DNA from: the human T2T-CHM13v2.0 reference genome, Homo sapiens | Length of the DNA: 64,000 nt | Direction: 5' to 3' (one strand) | Assembly: GCF_009914755.1 (NCBI RefSeq) | Contig: NC_060930.1 | Part shown: piece after piece, positions 62,795 to 64,000 of the stretch | How positions within the stretch are numbered: position 1 is the first letter of the stretch | Layout of the letters: each line of letters starts with the position of its first letter | The notes under the pieces: model-generated | What the model was told of the DNA's origin: nothing | Databases searched by the model: none | What the model saw: only the letters and a program-made list of their open reading frames with translations | Position numbers and translations under genes: made by a program

Positions 62795-63290
62795 TTGCCA
62801 TTGTGTTGACCGCTTAGCATCCAAGTCTTCTTTCTATTTCAAACCTTGAATAAGGATAAGTCTTGGTGATGGGCAGGGTTCTGTCTACCCCTGTGAAAGG
62901 TAAAGAGGAGCATGCATTCCATTCCCTATTTGACAGCTAGGAGTAGCACATGGCCTAGCCTTGTCCAACCACACTCCCAGCTGGAACTTTGAATCTGGGC
63001 AGTTATGCAATGATGCAGGGAGCAGAGGTTATTTCCTGGGGCAGTGATGACTGTCCAGTGGGTGGAGAGTTTCCAGCAGCCCCAGAATTATGGGAAGAGG
63101 TTTCAGCAGCAAATGTTAATCAGAGTTATTTCTGAGCCAGGACTCTTCTGCTTAGATTTATATGATTCCTTACCATTTCCCAAACCTGATTTTCCATATT
63201 TCTTAGATTCAGTAGGCTAGCTATGAATCCTCTTTCTGTTTAAATATGCCCAAATCAGTTTCTCTTGTTTGCAATAAGATTTCTAAACAG
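62795..63290 (+). mobile_element. Old MLT1-type MaLR LTR
   Basis: ggaactttgaatctg and 3' tail cagtttctcttgtttgcaa. Confidence 0.45.
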
Positions 63291-63549
63291 TAGATCTTGC
63301 GTACACACACAAAGTACACATCACAGGCCTTTGTAGATGCATATTAAGTGTTAATTCCTTTTCTTTCTTCTTTCCTTTCCCAGTTGCATGATAGGCCTAT
63401 TTGTTCTCACTAACATAAGCATAAAGGTGCTTAGCATGTGACCTTGTACAAAGAAAGTAGTCAATATTGCCTCTTGTCCAAACTACACACTTAGTAAAGC
63501 AGAATTCATCGTTAATTCCCCGAAGAGTCTCGACACGAAAATACAAAAA

Positions 63550-63680
63550 GGGCCAGGCACAGTGGCTCATACCTGTAATCCCAAAACTTTTGGAAGCCAA
63601 GGAGGGAGCATTGCTTGAGCCCAAGAGTTGGAGACCAGCTTGGCAACATAGTGAGACTCTGTCTCTATTTAGATAAATAC
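63550..63680 (+). mobile_element. FLAM_C-like Alu monomer
   Basis: Left monomer only. Confidence 0.75.
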
Positions 63681-63714
63681 ATTAATTAATTAAAAAATAT
63701 AAAAGGGCCCTGGA

Positions 63715-64000
63715 AACCCATAAATAAAATCAAACATACATGGACAACAAATTTTTGAAAAGGGCATCAAGAAGACACAATGGGGAAAGAACAGTCTCTT
63801 CAATAAATGGTGCTGGAAAAACTAGATTACCATATGCAAAAGAATGAAATTGGACTCTTGTCTTACACCACACACAAAAGTTAACTCGAAACAGATAAAG
63901 ACCTAAATGGAAGACCTGAAACCATAAAGCTTCTAGACAAGAACACAGGGGAAAAGCTTCTTGACATTGGCCTTGGCAATGATATTTTGGGTATCACACC
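63715..64000 (+). mobile_element. L1 ORF2 fragment, continues off the window
   Basis: acagtctcttcaataaatggtgctggaaaaactag..atatgcaaaagaatgaaattggac (LFNKWCW.N motif). Confidence 0.85.

Overview
Primate (almost certainly human) genomic DNA, rich in Alu and other repeats, containing TXLNB (beta-taxilin, a muscle/heart coiled-coil protein) on the minus strand. Reconstructed by hand: a non-coding exon 1 (donor at 45879) and nine coding exons (42439-42862, 35341-35432, 28967-29137, 21079-21273, 18817-18936, 14063-14137, 6310-6402, 3089-3184, 1019-1807). These total 2055 nt = 684 aa + stop. The 3' UTR appears to run off the left edge, and about 18 kb of upstream intergenic DNA follows. I found no convincing new multi-gene system. 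The most interesting unexplained structures are: (1) an Alu-head/MER1A fusion in intron 2 that looks like a deletion breakpoint; (2) an old, full-length HMGN1 processed pseudogene at ~58.4-59.5 kb that the ORF track misses; (3) a 117-bp near-perfect dispersed duplication with a perfect hairpin at its junction; (4) an antisense HERV-E LTR2 solo LTR next to the start-codon exon, which also uses a GC donor; (5) inverted Alu pairs around in-frame-skippable exons; (6) a candidate muscle enhancer in intron 1. Repeat family names come from recognising consensus sequences from memory, not from a RepeatMasker run; repeat boundaries are approximate.
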